Shown: positions 11,861 to 25,359, counted from the stretch's first letter. The stretch is 64,000 bases of DNA from Isurus oxyrinchus (GCA_026770705.1 JANJGN010000126.1:434001-498000); one strand, 5' to 3'. Notes: generated from the letters alone by a model not told the origin. Translations and numbers: made by a program.

Positions 11861-14844
11861 ATAACAATCAGGAGAAGATCTCACTGTTGTTACTACACAA
11901 TCACGAACACATTCTCTAGAATTCAGAGGCGATAATATTTCCACCTCTACGCAGTGCCTTGGGTGTTTCTGAACCTGTGGAGGGACGAATCTGTTGGTTG
12001 TCCTGTCAGCTATCGTCTGAGATATAGTATGCAACATGTTAGGGATATTAGTTTTCCTATCTAATGATGTGGCTTGTTGGTTTCAATTTGGTTTCGATGC
12101 CTTCTTGCTCTCCATCATGTTTCATTCTCTAATCTTACATTTTCATCTCACTGGTTTGCCCAATTCTTTCAGTGGGATGATTAGTTCTACAAAGCAACAA
12201 GTGGCCACAGCGTAGCCGACATTTTCCAACTCAGCATCACCTATCAAACTAGGAATTCACATGGAATCCTGCGAAATGGAATTTTTTCCGTAGAGTCCAA
12301 ACAGCAATATTACTGTCCTCGATGATGTACACAGGCACATTTTCCATCTTTCACGCAAATTTTCTCTCTTCCTTTTACAGTAACTTGGCAGTGATTGTGA
12401 TTCTTCCTCGAAAACCATGCGGCCTATCCAAGTGTATTATTTGGTATTTGGTTTCCATGGCAGTGTCGGATCTCCTGGTTATTATCACTGCTGTGATATT
12501 AAACCGGGTCGCTGGAGTGTATTTCCCACTCAGTTTCCTCTCCTTCACGCCGGTTTGCAGTCTTCGTTCTGTACTGAATTCTGCAGCACTCAGCAGTTCT
12601 GTCTGGTTAACAGTCGCTTTTACGTTTGATCGATTTGTGGCCATTTGCTGCCAGAATCTGAAATGACAATATTGCACCGAGAAAACTGCAGCCACCGTGA
12701 TAGCAATCGTCTGCACACTGAGTTGTTTGATAGGTGCCTTTTTATATTTTATATATGAGCCCTTGTACATCATTAAAAACATCACTTGGTTCTGCAGCAT
12801 AAAATCAACATTTTATACGTCAATAGCATGGGCCATATATGACTGGATTCTCACCATTTTAACCCCATGTCTCCCATTCATTCTGATCTTATTGCTCAAT
12901 GCTCTGACCGTCAGACATATTCTAGTGGCCAATAGAGTTCGCAGGAGACTCCGAGCCCAGAGCAATGGAGAGAATCAGCGTGACCCAGAGATGGAGAAGC
13001 GGAGAAAGTCCATTGTTTTTCTCTTCACCATCTCGGGAAGTTTCATCCTGTTGTACTTATTATTGTTTATAACGCTAGTGTATATCCGAATTGCGAATGT
13101 TACTTATTTCTCAGGTTCAAATCTCAATGAATCAAATTTTATTCTCGAGGAAAGCAGATTCATGTTTCTGTTTTTGAGCTCTTGCATCAACCCGTTTATT
13201 TATGCTGGGGTACAGGGTAATTTCAGAGAGGCGTTAAAGAATGGCGTGAAATATCCACTCAGACTATTTGTAAGACTATTGAAATGATTAAAATAAAGGA
13301 TGAACTTTCATTGTATCCTACCCATTGTTGCTGCTCTTTGTGTCACAAACCTGTGCCATCTCCTAGGTAAGCAGTCATTCGCTTTAAGAAGCTTTCTCAT
13401 TGTGTGATATGAAAAACGGATCATCTAAAGGACATGTTGGTGAGGGCATCTGTCAGCTATGTTGACTGGATCGCTGGCGTAAGTTACAGAATGATGCAAC
13501 AGCACCGGTGCAATCCCCATCCCGGATACAACCCTACCTTGTTCATCATCGCTCCTTTCTTCAGCCACTCTAACGACTCCATTCCTCTCACATCCACACG
13601 TTCCAATCGAGCAGAACAAAATCCGTTGCAAACCGAAAATGCAAAGGCATGCAAACAATAATGAAGTAAATAATAACGAAAAGAACATCTCTATAAATTA
13701 TGTTACCTTCACAGCAGATTCTGCATTTGGACACATTGCATTTAGCACAATTTGAATGCCAAAGAAGTTTCTGATAAATAATAGCACATGCTCTCTATTT
13801 CTTAAGTTTTTATTGATACACATATGGTTCTGGAAAGCTCCACTTGTGGAGAGCTATATGAATCAAAGTGCCGGCACTACCTGTTCCTCCAAAGCAGGCC
13901 CCACATATGATTTGTTACGTATCAAATTGTTCATATTTTGTGGCCTACAAAATTACTGTTAACATGAGTGATATCTAATTTCTTTGCAGGAATCAGTGCT
14001 AACTGATTTCTCCGTGCCTGTAGTGAGCCTGTTCCATGGATTGAGAATTCATGCACGAAAACTTTGTTTTTACAAGTTGATTCAGGTTTCTCCCATTTAA
14101 GTGCAGAACGTGCCCTTTAGTTCTCCTGTTACGGGCAATGTGGCAAAACATGTGTTCTAATTTACATATTCCGTGGGATATTCTAACAATAAAAACATGA
14201 AGCATATCACTTCTGTTTAGAAATGAATGGGGGTCAGTAATTTTAGAAGGTAGGTTACATTTGTAGATGAAACAAAGTTGGTGTGGATGATAGTCTGCAA
14301 AGTTGAAAAGGATTAGCTGCAGGCGAATGTAACAACTTTACAATTGGCAAACACCAAGTGTCATTTTCAATATGCACATTCCCAATTTACGTAATCATTT
14401 CTCAAAATCCATTTCAAACCATCCCTTTAAATAATTCTATTGACACTCCACTGTTTGCACTCAAAAGCTTGAATATCCTGTGAGGTGTGGACCTGCATGA
14501 AATACTCGAGGCGGGGGTGACACCAGATTATATGAAGTGGGCGGATTAGGTCACAATGTTGTCTCAGTTTTGATCTTCCAATGCATTCCGAAATCTGATT
14601 AATTTAACTCGTTGCTGTCAATCGGCACATGCAGATCTCACTCGTTTGTCATCAAATGAATTTGTTGGCCTTCCATTGATGTGGGGTGTCGAATTGGACA
14701 AAATATTTTAAGTGGGATTACACCCATGAATTCCAGATCAGATTAACGAAATGCATAAATAACACTCTAATAAGTTTGGTTCTGAGTTTTTCCACAACTA
14801 CCTTAAATCTTTCTCTTTTTGCTTCACCCAAGTGATTTATTTTT

Positions 14845-15145
14845 CATTCGTTCATTGCATATGGGGGTCACTGGCTAAATCAGCATTTATGACCCATATT
14901 AGGAGGGCATTTAAGAACCAACCACGTTGCTGAGCGGGTGTGAAATTACATGCCGGCCAGAGCAGCTGAGGAGATTACTTTCTCTAAAGGACCTGAAGGA
15001 GATCAAGACAATGGCTTCGGCATGGCAATGAAACATTAATTGAATTCAGGTTTGCCATGGTGGGGATTGAAGCCATGTCCCGAATGCTTTGCCCTGGGCC
15101 TCTGGAACGCTAACACATTGACAACTCCACTATGTCACCACCTAG
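14845..15145 (-). mobile_element. tRNA-derived shark SINE (SacSINE1/DeuSINE-like); further copies at about 27900-28250 (-), 36875-37210 (+) and 54120-54480 (-)
   Basis: Shared head GGTGACATAGTGG..TGTCA....GGCTTCAATCCCCACCATGGCA, and a 3' tail matching the LINE end at 48725-48800. Confidence 0.65.
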
Positions 15146-17160
15146 GGCCGCTATGTGAATCATGATTTGAGGGATAATTTGAAGGCCTAGTACAAATCCC
15201 TCTGACATTCACTGTTCTTCAGATTTCCTATGGTTTCTCCACCTAATAATAGCTACGATTCCTGATATCATTCTTCTAAACCTGCTCTGAACTTCCTGAA
15301 GTCCTGTCCATCCCGCAAAATGTGAAGAAGTCTGATATGAATAAACTGCTCCAGCTGGTTTCCATTCAATTATATATGCAGGTTTTGTCTGTCTGCATCT
15401 TTCATGTCTCAGTTTGTAAAACCACTGTATGCATTTCATTGGCCTTCTCAAGATTTTCCTGCCACTTTCAAATATCTAAATACGTGGATTCAGGTGCCAC
15501 TCTGTCCCTGCTCCCTGTTTAAATCTGCATTATTTTTCTCTGTATTGCTGGTCTGGAACTTCACACTGTTATGGCATAATTCACATTCTTTGTATTAAAT
15601 CGGATCTGTCAGGTGCTCTACACATGTCACGAGTCTCTCTCTGGCCTCGTGAAATGCGCTGCTATATCTGTCATTATTGATTAATTTTTATAGAATTCAT
15701 GTCATCTGGAAACGTTGAAATTATGGTCTGCATACCCAGGTCCATGGCATAAATATATACCAAAGAACTGTGATGCGCGGCAAATGTCCCAGAGAACATC
15801 ACATCATTTCTTTCCCGGCCTGAAAACAACAGTTCACCTCTCTTTGCTATCTGCCTCTTAGTCAAAAGCTTTTCCTGCTGTCCCATTTCATCACATCGGA
15901 TTCGAAACTGGCATCAAGTCCATTGTGCTGTGTTTCATCAAACGCTGCTGTTTTTCAAAGGAAACCAAGTGCAGTAGGATTTATGGAATGATAGAATAGC
16001 ACAAGAAAAAATAGGTCGTTCTTTCCAAAGAGAACGATCTGTCTTATTTAAACCAGTTAGTATCACGTCCGTCTCAATCTCCACCTCGGACTTTCCATTT
16101 TCAGCCTGCTTATCAATTGTATGATCAATCGGGGGCCTGCCATATTGTACGGTTCCACTCCTGGCATTTGCTTCATCCAAGGCAGAAGTCGAGCTCATTA
16201 TTATTTGAAAGAATTTTATTAAGAATCCGCATTTTGAATATAATGCACGAGTTAATTAAACAGGCAAGCACATTACCCCTGACAGTGGGCCACCGAAGAT
16301 GGTGGCAGAAGCCACCTGCTGTCGAGGCGACTGGTTAGAAAGTCATTGTTCGGTCTGTTCCAGGTTCAAGACGGGGGAAAGCAAAATGGATACCTTTGGT
16401 AAATTCTAACCTTTCCAAAGTGATTTTTGTTTTCCTCTCTTTTAAATCAGTTTTCATTTACAGGAGTGCTGCTCATTCTAGTTATTTGCTTATAGACATA
16501 GAATTAAAGCAACAGGGACATGATAAATTGTGAAACTTTCCTTTTACCCGTACCCATCTTACGGATCACCCGCTTTAATTCTTCATTTTCTTTGCCCCCA
16601 TTCTCTCAATACAAATGTCTTTTACTTTATTTTTCAATTCATAGCACTATTAGTTCAATCTTAACTGGCTTCAGTTCAATTTCTCTGTGAAGTATATGCG
16701 AATGTCTTTATCATTTAAAGGTGTTTTTTTCTTCCACGCCACTGTGCATGTTGACCGTTTCCTCCTCTAAAAGGTGAATGCTACATATGCTGGAAACCTG
16801 AAACATAAAACAGAAAATTCTGGGGTAAGCATTCAGAAGTGTGGGCAGCACCTTTCTAGAGAATGATAGAGAGTAAAATATTCAGATCAGTGACGCTTCA
16901 TCGGAACTGGAGAAAGTTACAGATGTAATAGTTCCTAAAAACATGATGGGTGGGACAAGGGCACGCGGAAGGCCTGAGATAGCTTGGAAGAGCGGAGGGA
17001 TTGAGTACCAGAAATAAAAGTCATCCAGGGCCAATTCTAATGGAGATGGGAGAAGAAAAGATTGAAATAAACAAAAAGGTAAATGTGCCTCAAACTGGGG
17101 TCACGTCAGCTGAAAGAAAAATGACGTCAACGAAACACAGATAAATAATGATAGAGACAA

Positions 17161-18431
17161 GTGGACAGACCATAAACTTTGAAGAAACGTCAATTCGAAT
17201 CGGAAGAGAAAACTCATTTTGAAATCTAGACGGGAAATAGAGGTAGCAACACGTGAATTAGAATGCCAAGGATCGAGGGCAGGAGAGAAACTAGAATGAG
17301 AGGAAATTAATCGGTAAGAAGACAGAAAAGTGCAAAAGGAAGCACCTTGAGATTCCATCAGGACAAGAAATTTTCCGGGTTTCAAACAAAGAGCTTCTCC
17401 ACCATCTCCAGTCCAGCTGAAATTGATGAAATTCCAAAGTCTTAAAGATTGTTTCAGCAAACTTATTCCATGTCCAACCACCATCCTGATGAAACTGACT
17501 TTTTCTTATTTCGTTTCCATTTCTAGAACTGTTCCTGTGAGCCAAGCCTGCAACAATACAAATGCAAAACGCTGGGAATGCCCGAAATCACATGCACCAA
17601 GAACCATAAAATGTTACCATGTGGGTGGAATCCATTCAACACTTCATCTCTTTCCCAGCTTTCTGAAAGTGACACTAAGCTCATTTTACTACTTTCAAAT
17701 TACCTGTGAGTCTGCAATGTTCCAAACCCAAATTAAAAGCGACGTTGGAATCCATGCACTCTCGAATTTATCAGTTCGTGCATTTCAGACTTTGAACTTC
17801 GCTGCTTAAAATAGAAATTCTGATTCGACCGTTGGGCCCTTTGTCAATCAGTCAAGCCGCTATCTTCACTTTCGCAACTGCAGGACGAGAGATGGCTTTG
17901 GCAAAATTTGCCAGGTACTCCTTCAATCAGCATGTTTTGGGAAAAGCGAAGAACATAGAAACATTGGAACATTGGAGCAGCAGAAGGCCATTCCGCCCCT
18001 CGAGCCTGAACCATCATTCTAACAGATCAAGGCTGACCTTCTGCATCAACGCAGATGTAGAAATGTGGGCAGAACATAAACTTTGAAGAAACGACAATTG
18101 GGATTAAAAAAAGGAAATTCATTTTGAAGTCTAGAAGGGAAATTGAGGTAGCAAAACCTGAACTAGAATTCCAAGGATAGAGGGCACGAGAGAAAATAGA
18201 ATGAGAGTCAATGAATTGTCAAAAATACAGAAAAGTTCAGAGAGGAACGCATTGAAATTCCATCAGGGTTTGAAAGTTCCCAGGCATCAAACAAGGAGCT
18301 TCTCCCCCATCTCCACTCCAGCTGAAATTGGAGCAATTCACAAGTCTTAAAAATGGGTTGAGGAAACTTCTTCTATACCCAGAACTATCCTGATTAAAAC
18401 TGACTTTTTCTTATTTCATTTCCATTTCTAG
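17161..18431 (+). repeat. Diverged direct duplication of a ~366-bp unit (17161-17526 and 18065-18431)
   Basis: Colinear copies from GTGGRCAGAMCATAAACTTTGAAGAAACG to ACTGACTTTTTCTTATTTCRTTTCCATTTCTAG, offset 904-905 nt. Confidence 0.85.
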
Positions 18432-18619
18432 GCCATAATCCTACATTCTCGTCATATTATTGCCCATCCCTAATAGGCCTTAAGATGGTTGTGGTTAGCT
18501 GCCTTCTTGAAATGCTCTGTTGTCGGTACACCCACAGCGCTGTTAGGAAGAGGGTTCTTGTCATGGTAAATAACTAGAGATCCATCTATCTCTGTCTTGA
18601 ACGTGCTCTATCAGTCAGC

Positions 18620-19412
18620 TTCTATAGCCTTTACTTTCCCTCTCCTTGCCGTCCAAGGGCCTAAACACTCCTTTCAACTGAAACAGCTTTCCACTTGCAC
18701 ATCCCTCAATTTAGTCTACATGGCTCAGAGCTCGCTGTCGCTTGCCATTTCAACACATCACTCTGCACTCATGCCCACATGTGCGCCCTTGGCCTGCTGT
18801 CATGTTGAAGTGAAGCTCAACGCAAACTGGAGGAACAGCACCTCATCTTCTGACTAGGCACTTTACAGCTATTTGGACTGAATATTGAGTTCAAGACCTT
18901 TAGATCATGAACTCTCTCCTCCATCCCCACTCCCTTTCCGATCCCACTTTTTCCAATCATTTTTATACATTTTTCTTTTCCCATTATTTCCATTATTTTT
19001 AAATGCATTTCCATCCATTGTTTCTTCTCTAACTTTTAGCCTATTTTGATCCCTTCCCTTCACCTCACCCCACCCTTGGTACCTAGCTCGTCCTGCTTTC
19101 TACCCTTAATGTCACCATTAGCACATTTCTTAGACAATATCACCACCGTCAACACCTCTTTGTACTTTTGCCTATGAATTCTTTCGGCAATCTCCACCTA
19201 TCACTGGCTCTCTATCCAGCATCCCACCACACCCACCCCCTCCTTTAACAAGCTTATATTTCACCTATTTTCTATTTTTCCTTCTGAAGAGTCAATCGGA
19301 TTCGAGACATTAACTGTACTCCTCTCCGCAGATGCTGTCAGATCTGATTAGATTTTCCAGGTATTTTGTTTTTGCTTTGGATTTCCAGCATCCGCAGTTT
19401 TTTTGCTTTTAT
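18620..19412 (+). mobile_element. Penelope-like element 3' part, second copy
   Basis: Colinear with 2040-2730 (AAACTGGAGGAACAGCA.CTCATCTTCTG..AATATTGAGTTCAA, and the tail). Confidence 0.8.
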
Positions 19413-19414
19413 CT

Positions 19415-21840
19415 TCTATAGCCCTCTGGAGAGGGAATTACAAAGATTCAGCAAGTTCTAAGTGAATGCAGTTCTCCTCTGACTTGAGTTGCCCGTTCTG
19501 AGTTTGTGTTTCCTGGTTCCTGGCCGCCCAGCCTGGGTAAACATCCTTCCGACATCTATCGTTGACAATTTTATTTCTCTCAATGGGATCACTTCTCATG
19601 GTTCTAACGTCTAGATCATACAGTCCCAGTCCCCTCGATCTCGCTTCACAGGACAATCCCGCCATGCCAGGAATCATTCTGTTTTACTTTCGGTGCATTC
19701 CAAAAATGGAAAGTTTATCCTTCCTTAGGTCAGTAGACCAACGTTTCACACAGTACTCCAGGGGCAGCCTCATCAAAGCTCTATGCAACTGCAGAAACAC
19801 TTCTTTACGCCTGTATTCAAATAATCTTGCAATAAATTACAACGTACCATCTGCCTTTTAATTGCTTGATGCACATGCATGTTACCTTTCAGCGATTGTC
19901 AAGAAGAACTCGGGTTTATTTGGACATCAATACTTCTCCACCTATCATCATTCCAGAAATGCATTGCATTTCCATTAATGTTAATAAAGGGGTTAAGTTC
20001 GCATTGTCAAAATTATATTTCTTGTACCTTGATCTTTTCCATTCACTTCACCTCTCCAAATTCCCTTGAAGTCATTCAGATTTCTCCTCATAATTCACAC
20101 TCACCTAAGTTTTTTTGCATCAGGCAACACAGAAATATTACATTTGGGACACACATACAAATCATTGATACAGTTTGTGAATAACTAGGACCCAAGGACT
20201 GATCGATGCAGTGCCCCAGTATTTACAGTCTGCCAACCAGAGAATGATCTCTTATTCCTCCTTTCTGCGTCCAGTTCCCATCCAAAACAAATTGTCAATA
20301 TTTTATCCCCCCAAACCTATTTGCTTTATTTTTCGCTTACTAACCTCGCTTGGAAACTGATCAAAAACCTTCTTAAAATACAAGCACACCACAACCACGG
20401 GTTCTCCCTTATCTACACCGCTAGTTACATCCTCAAATATCAACACTAATACGGTTGTCAGACATGACTTCCCCTCATATATCCACATTGATTCAGATCA
20501 AACTGCCGATTAAATTCTAATTGTCCAGTTATCACATCCTTTATAATAGAGTCTAGAGTTTCCCCGACTACTGTTGTCAGGCTTACAGGACAGTCGTTTC
20601 CGTTTTTCCTCCCTCCTTTCTTAAATGGTGAGGTTAATTAAGCGATCCAATCTACAGGAACAATTCCAGAATCTATGCAATTTAGGGAAAGACCCACCAA
20701 TACATCCATTCTCTCTCTCGGCACCTATTTCATCAGCATGGGAAAAGAGATCATCAGGTCTGGAAATTTCATCAAATTTCAGTCCCATTATTTTCTCCAG
20801 TTTTTATGTAGTAATACCAATTTATTTCAATTTCTGAACATTGTTGTTCCCTTGGCTCTCTAGCATTTGCGGGACACCTTTTGCATCTTCTTCCGTGAAG
20901 ACAGACACAATGTATCAGTTCATTTTCTCTGTCATTTCCTTATTACTTATACATTTTCATGTTCCTTCATATAATTGGGCCCACATTTATCTTTGTTGAA
21001 ATTCTCCTTTTTACATACCTTTTGAAGTTTTAGCAATATGTTCTTTTTCAAATGTTTCGCTCTAGGGTACTTTCCTATTCGATTTCGTCTTTTTACAACA
21101 GTTTCTAGGATCTCACTTCCTCCATTCTAAAATAATCCCAATCCTCAGGTTTACTACTTTTAGCAACTGCATTTAACTGCTCGTTCGATTAATACGATCC
21201 TTAACTCTTCTTTTAAGACTTGAATTGATCGCTTTCTGTGCCTCATAGGAATGGAAAATTATTGTGAACCATGTATTAATTATGCAACAGTTAGCCATTG
21301 CTTGCCTGCAGTCAAATCTTTTCATGTAGTTGACCAATAGGCTAGAGCCAAATTCTCCTTATTCCTTCGCAGTTTTATTTGTTGAGGGAGGGATTATTTT
21401 TTTGAACTTCGCCACCTTCAAAATTAATGTAAACTTCTATAATATTCATTTTGCTTTCCATAAAGACACTTTTTCAAATGCATTATTAATTTGCCCTTTA
21501 CACTTGCAGAAAACCACATCTAAAATGTTCTGTTATCTCGTTGATTCCTCAAGAAAATGTTCAAGATAAGTTATCTCATATACATTTCAGGACAAGTCCT
21601 TCACAGCGCTTGATATAATTAGATTTACACATTTTACATGTAGATCGAAGTCACCCATGATTACCACATTACCCTTGTTACATGCAACTATAATTTACTA
21701 TTTTATACCTCGCCCTACATTATAACTACGGCTTGTTGGTCTATAAACAAGTCACACCAGTGCCTGTTGCCGCTTGCTGTTTCCTAGTTCATCTCACACC
21801 GATTCTACATCTTGATATTCTAACATAAGAACTTCTCTAT
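19415..21840 (-). mobile_element. Degenerate CR1 LINE ORF2
   Basis: ORFs MIPGMAGLSCEARSRGLGLY (19438-19677) and GKSCLTT..FEDVTSGVDKGEPVVVVCLYFKKVFD (20303-20488). Confidence 0.85.
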
Positions 21841-21899
21841 TCCTACTCCAGGAAGAAATGTTTGTTTCTCAGTTTTGTAAATTTAAACTTGCTGAACTG

Positions 21900-23900
21900 T
21901 GAGACATTACAGGACAATCACTATCAGACAGACACTACCAGTGGGAAAGGCAACTCTAGTACTGCCGTTTGAGCCTGGGAGAAACAAAATCCGTTCTTTT
22001 TGGAAACTCTGCAGGGATAAATCATAGATTGGAGTTTGGTATCTTGACAGTTACACAATCAAATGGGTGTTATGGCAGTCACTAAGGAAATAAGAAGGGT
22101 GGACAGGTTATGCACTTGTTACTTATAAAAATGAGAGTAAAGGGCCGTTGGACATTTTAAGAAATTATTGATTGGTCAATAATTTGTTAATGATGTAAAA
22201 GTATGTGCACCATTGCAAAAATAACGCTTAAACTCTATAATAGATTGGAGAGATCGGCTGCAGTTTCGAAAAGCAAACAATGCAATTGAAGAAAGGAGAG
22301 AACCTAACCGTGCAGTTGTCGGAGTCCCCAGTGATTTGTCAGGAGAAGCCATCTTGCTAAGTGACACCAACTGAGCGTTTGGCAGGGAAACTACAAGTAT
22401 GGACAGAAGCTGGCCGCGTAGGGAGATTCATGATTAATGGTCAATAACAAATTTGAACTCGATATTTTGATGAATTTACTTGTTTGAAGAAAAGAAGAAA
22501 GCAGAACTTTGTAATTCATCTACTTTTTTTTTACCCAAACTTTCAATCTGTGGCACTTTTCTGTAATCTGTTTAAGAAGACCAGAAAGTTACTAAGCACA
22601 ATAACTTTTTGAGTGTGCCTTCAGTTTCTTTTCCAGTATAATTCACGGATATAATGGAATGTTAATCCGAATAACGACTCCTTGAATTGACCTTTGTTAG
22701 TAACAATAAAACGACACTTTAAAACTAATTGGAGAAAATCTTTTTGAACCAGTAACTAAGTATGGAACAGAATCTTACCTTTAAATGAAAGTTGGTTTAC
22801 GAAGTGGTGTTAGTGCAGTTTGTTAGGCAGAATAATACATGTGGGTTTATACCATAGGCCATGGTATGCTAACAAGGCTCAGGTGCGACACGTCAGCCAG
22901 TTTTCTGAGGATGACACACAATATGTTTCGGTAGAAAAAGATATGTAGGAAAATAATACAAAGGAGTAATCGGGAGTATGCAGATTCCAATTGTCAGTAC
23001 AAAGAGATAAGGAGTATTTAATTATGTAGGAAAATTATGAATTAAAGTCACGAGTGTCAGACAATAGATTCTGCAGCAGCATGTGCAGTTACAGAATTTC
23101 AGTGTTGTAAAGGAGAGGTACATAGAGAAATCGGTGTTTGGAAATAGGCTAACAATCAGTGATTGTGAATGCTACAAGCTTACTGCGATGGGAATTCCGT
23201 TGAAGTATGTGTGCCCGTTCCAGCTTCCCAGGTGAGCTGGGAGTCATTTACTATTTATAATAAAGCCTTAAATGTCTTTCTAAAATAAACCTGCGTAACC
23301 CAGGGCCTTTAAAAACAATACTTGTCACAAAAATAATAATAACTGCCTAGTGCAAGTAAGATTGAGAGTTTTGTGCTTAACTTGCCGACGAGCAGGATTT
23401 GCAAAGACTGTGCAACTGAGATCAGGTGAAGCCCAATATTCCAACAAAATCCAAACATGTCTTCTTCTGAAATACTGAAAAAAGTGGATTTACTTAATGC
23501 AGAATTGTATGATACATGAAATGAGGGATAGGTAGCTGTACGGACCGTGACAAGTCATGTTTTAAACAGAGACCACAGAATCTAATTGTGCTTTAACAAT
23601 AAGCTTCATAGGGATTGTATGGCCTGTCAATATAGTAAACTAACTTCACCATCGACTTTTGCTACAGTTGCGAGAGACCAGCCAATGGAAATAGGAATCA
23701 ATTCCACCTTTGATAATATGTCAGAGAATCAGAAGTAGGATCTACGATCAAAGACAGCTGACCATTTTGGGTAATTATAAGAGAATCTGCCAATATATTT
23801 AAGCATTTCAGTGCTCAGATAGTTGAAGCATTCGGTTGCTAAAAGCAGTGAACATTGTTGAAGAATGCAATTGATATGAACAATGTCTTTAAGACTCTAT
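21900..23900 (+). mobile_element. Highly decayed Gypsy/Ty3 LTR retrotransposon pol remnant
   Basis: Broken motifs in the expected order: retropepsin-like INGQ..KFELDI (about 22433-22466), RT-like TKWC (about 22799-22810), integrase-zinc-region-like IVWP (about 23614-23625). No LTRs identified. Confidence 0.45.
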
Positions 23901-24244
23901 GATTCTTTGAAAAAATTGTTACTTTTTCATTTTTTATTTTTATTTTTTAAATTCTCTAATGATTTTCTGTAACCAATTTATTTTTCCTGAAATGATTACA
24001 ACAACCCCTGAAGGGAACAGAGGTGAGGTTTTCTTTCTTATAGTTGCCGCTTGTCATTTGGTGTTTGTAAACAATATGTCTCAAAATGTGACAGGCACTT
24101 ATCAGCGAAACTTGTAACAGATACATGGCATCATACAAGGTGGGAAGTGGTTAGTTTTTGCAAAATATGTGTTCCAGATTTCCACAGTACAACGTTTTCG
24201 AAAGTGGCCATTTACCCTCGGATTTAGGGTGAATTAACTTTTTC

Positions 24245-25359
24245 TCTCCAAAACAGCTTGTATCCAGGAATATTTATCGCCCAGGCCTGCCCTCTTTGAG
24301 CCAAGCTTCTGTTATAGCCAAAATACCATAATTATATTTGTCAACCTGTGCCTGTAGTTCACCAATCTTATTAACCACACCCCGTGCATTCACATACATA
24401 CATATTAATCCTGATTTAGGCAGTTAAAATCTTTCCTCCTACACTGACCTCATCTAACGATTTACCATTACTATCTCTGGCACTATCACACTCTTCAAGT
24501 GTTCCATTTCCCGTGACAATACTGCCTGATATATCCTCCTTATCGATTCATGTTTACCTCTTCCTTCTGCAAGTTTTTCGCCTCTCCACGTCGAGATTAA
24601 ACCTATAGTTCCCGGTCCTGGTAATCTTGTTAAACCCTCCCCAACAACGCTGTTATATTTAAAATGGTTCCTTTGAAATGTTGTGGATTGCCTTAGCTGC
24701 ATAAGTGAAAGTTAACACACCTGTCAAAACGAGAGAACATGTTCCTCAGCAGGCTGTTGGTTGAGAATTATTTTGAAGCCTGCTCAGTGAGATCAGAGGT
24801 TTTGGGAAGTGTTCTGAAGAAGAGTCATGCAGACTCCAAACGATAACTCTGTCTTTCTCTCCACAGATGCTGTCAGACCTACTGAATTTTCCAGCAATGT
24901 TGTTTTTGTTTCAGATTTCCAGAATCCGCAGGGCTTTTCTTTTATCTTAAAACGCGTTGTTGGGGAGGGTTTAACAAGATTACCAGGACCGGGAACTATA
25001 GGTTTAATCTCGACGTGGAGAGGCGAAAAACTAGCAGAAAGAAGAGGTAAACATGAATCGATAAGGAGGATATATCAGGCAGTATTGTCATGGGAAATGG
25101 AACACTTGAAGAGTGTGATAGTGCCAGAGATAGTAATGGTAAATCGTTAGATGAGGTCAGTGTAGGAGGAAAGATTTTAAATGCCTAAATCAGGATTAAT
25201 ATGTATGTATGTGAATGCACGGGGTGTGGTTAATAAGATTGGTGAACTACAGGCACAGGTTGACAAATGTAATTATGGTATTTTGGCTATAACAGAAGCT
25301 TGGCTCAAAGAGGGCAGGCCTGGGCGATAAATATTCCTGGATACAAGCTGTTTTGGAGA
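24245..25359. repeat. 406-bp inverted repeat (24245-24650 / 24954-25359) with a 303-bp spacer
   Basis: The arms are reverse complements with about 5 mismatches by manual alignment; the ORF track shows near-identical peptides on opposite strands (24454-24702 - and 24827-25150 +). Confidence 0.95.

Larger units (their letters stand above)
4859..13287 (+). pseudogene. GPR139-like: GPR139-like class A GPCR pseudogene 1 (exon 1 4859-4928, exon 2 12381-13287)
   Basis: Exon 1 reads MHGLPKGLLFAIYYPVLAAVGVP. Exon 2 follows a polypyrimidine tract and tacag, and encodes NLAVIVIL..YLVSMAVSDLLV..FTFDRFVAICC..CSIK..TPCLPFILILLLNALTVRHI..INPFIY. Lesions: in-frame TGA at 12664-12666 (the flanking ORFs share a frame), donor reads CT instead of GT at 4929, and exon 2 starts one base short of the expected phase. 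Confidence 0.88.

Noticed and set aside
11315-11935. 206-aa ORF and overlapping ORFs
   Set aside because: Products of a C/T-rich low-complexity tract that lacks stop codons.
12322-12380. ATG at 12322 as the GPCR1 start
   Set aside because: It lies in the intron upstream of the acceptor; the real TM1 N-terminus is exon 1 at 4859.
12664-12672. Readthrough or selenocysteine at TGA-CAA-TAT in GPCR1
   Set aside because: The paralogue has Thr here, not Cys; I recognised no SECIS; independent splice lesions point to pseudogenisation.
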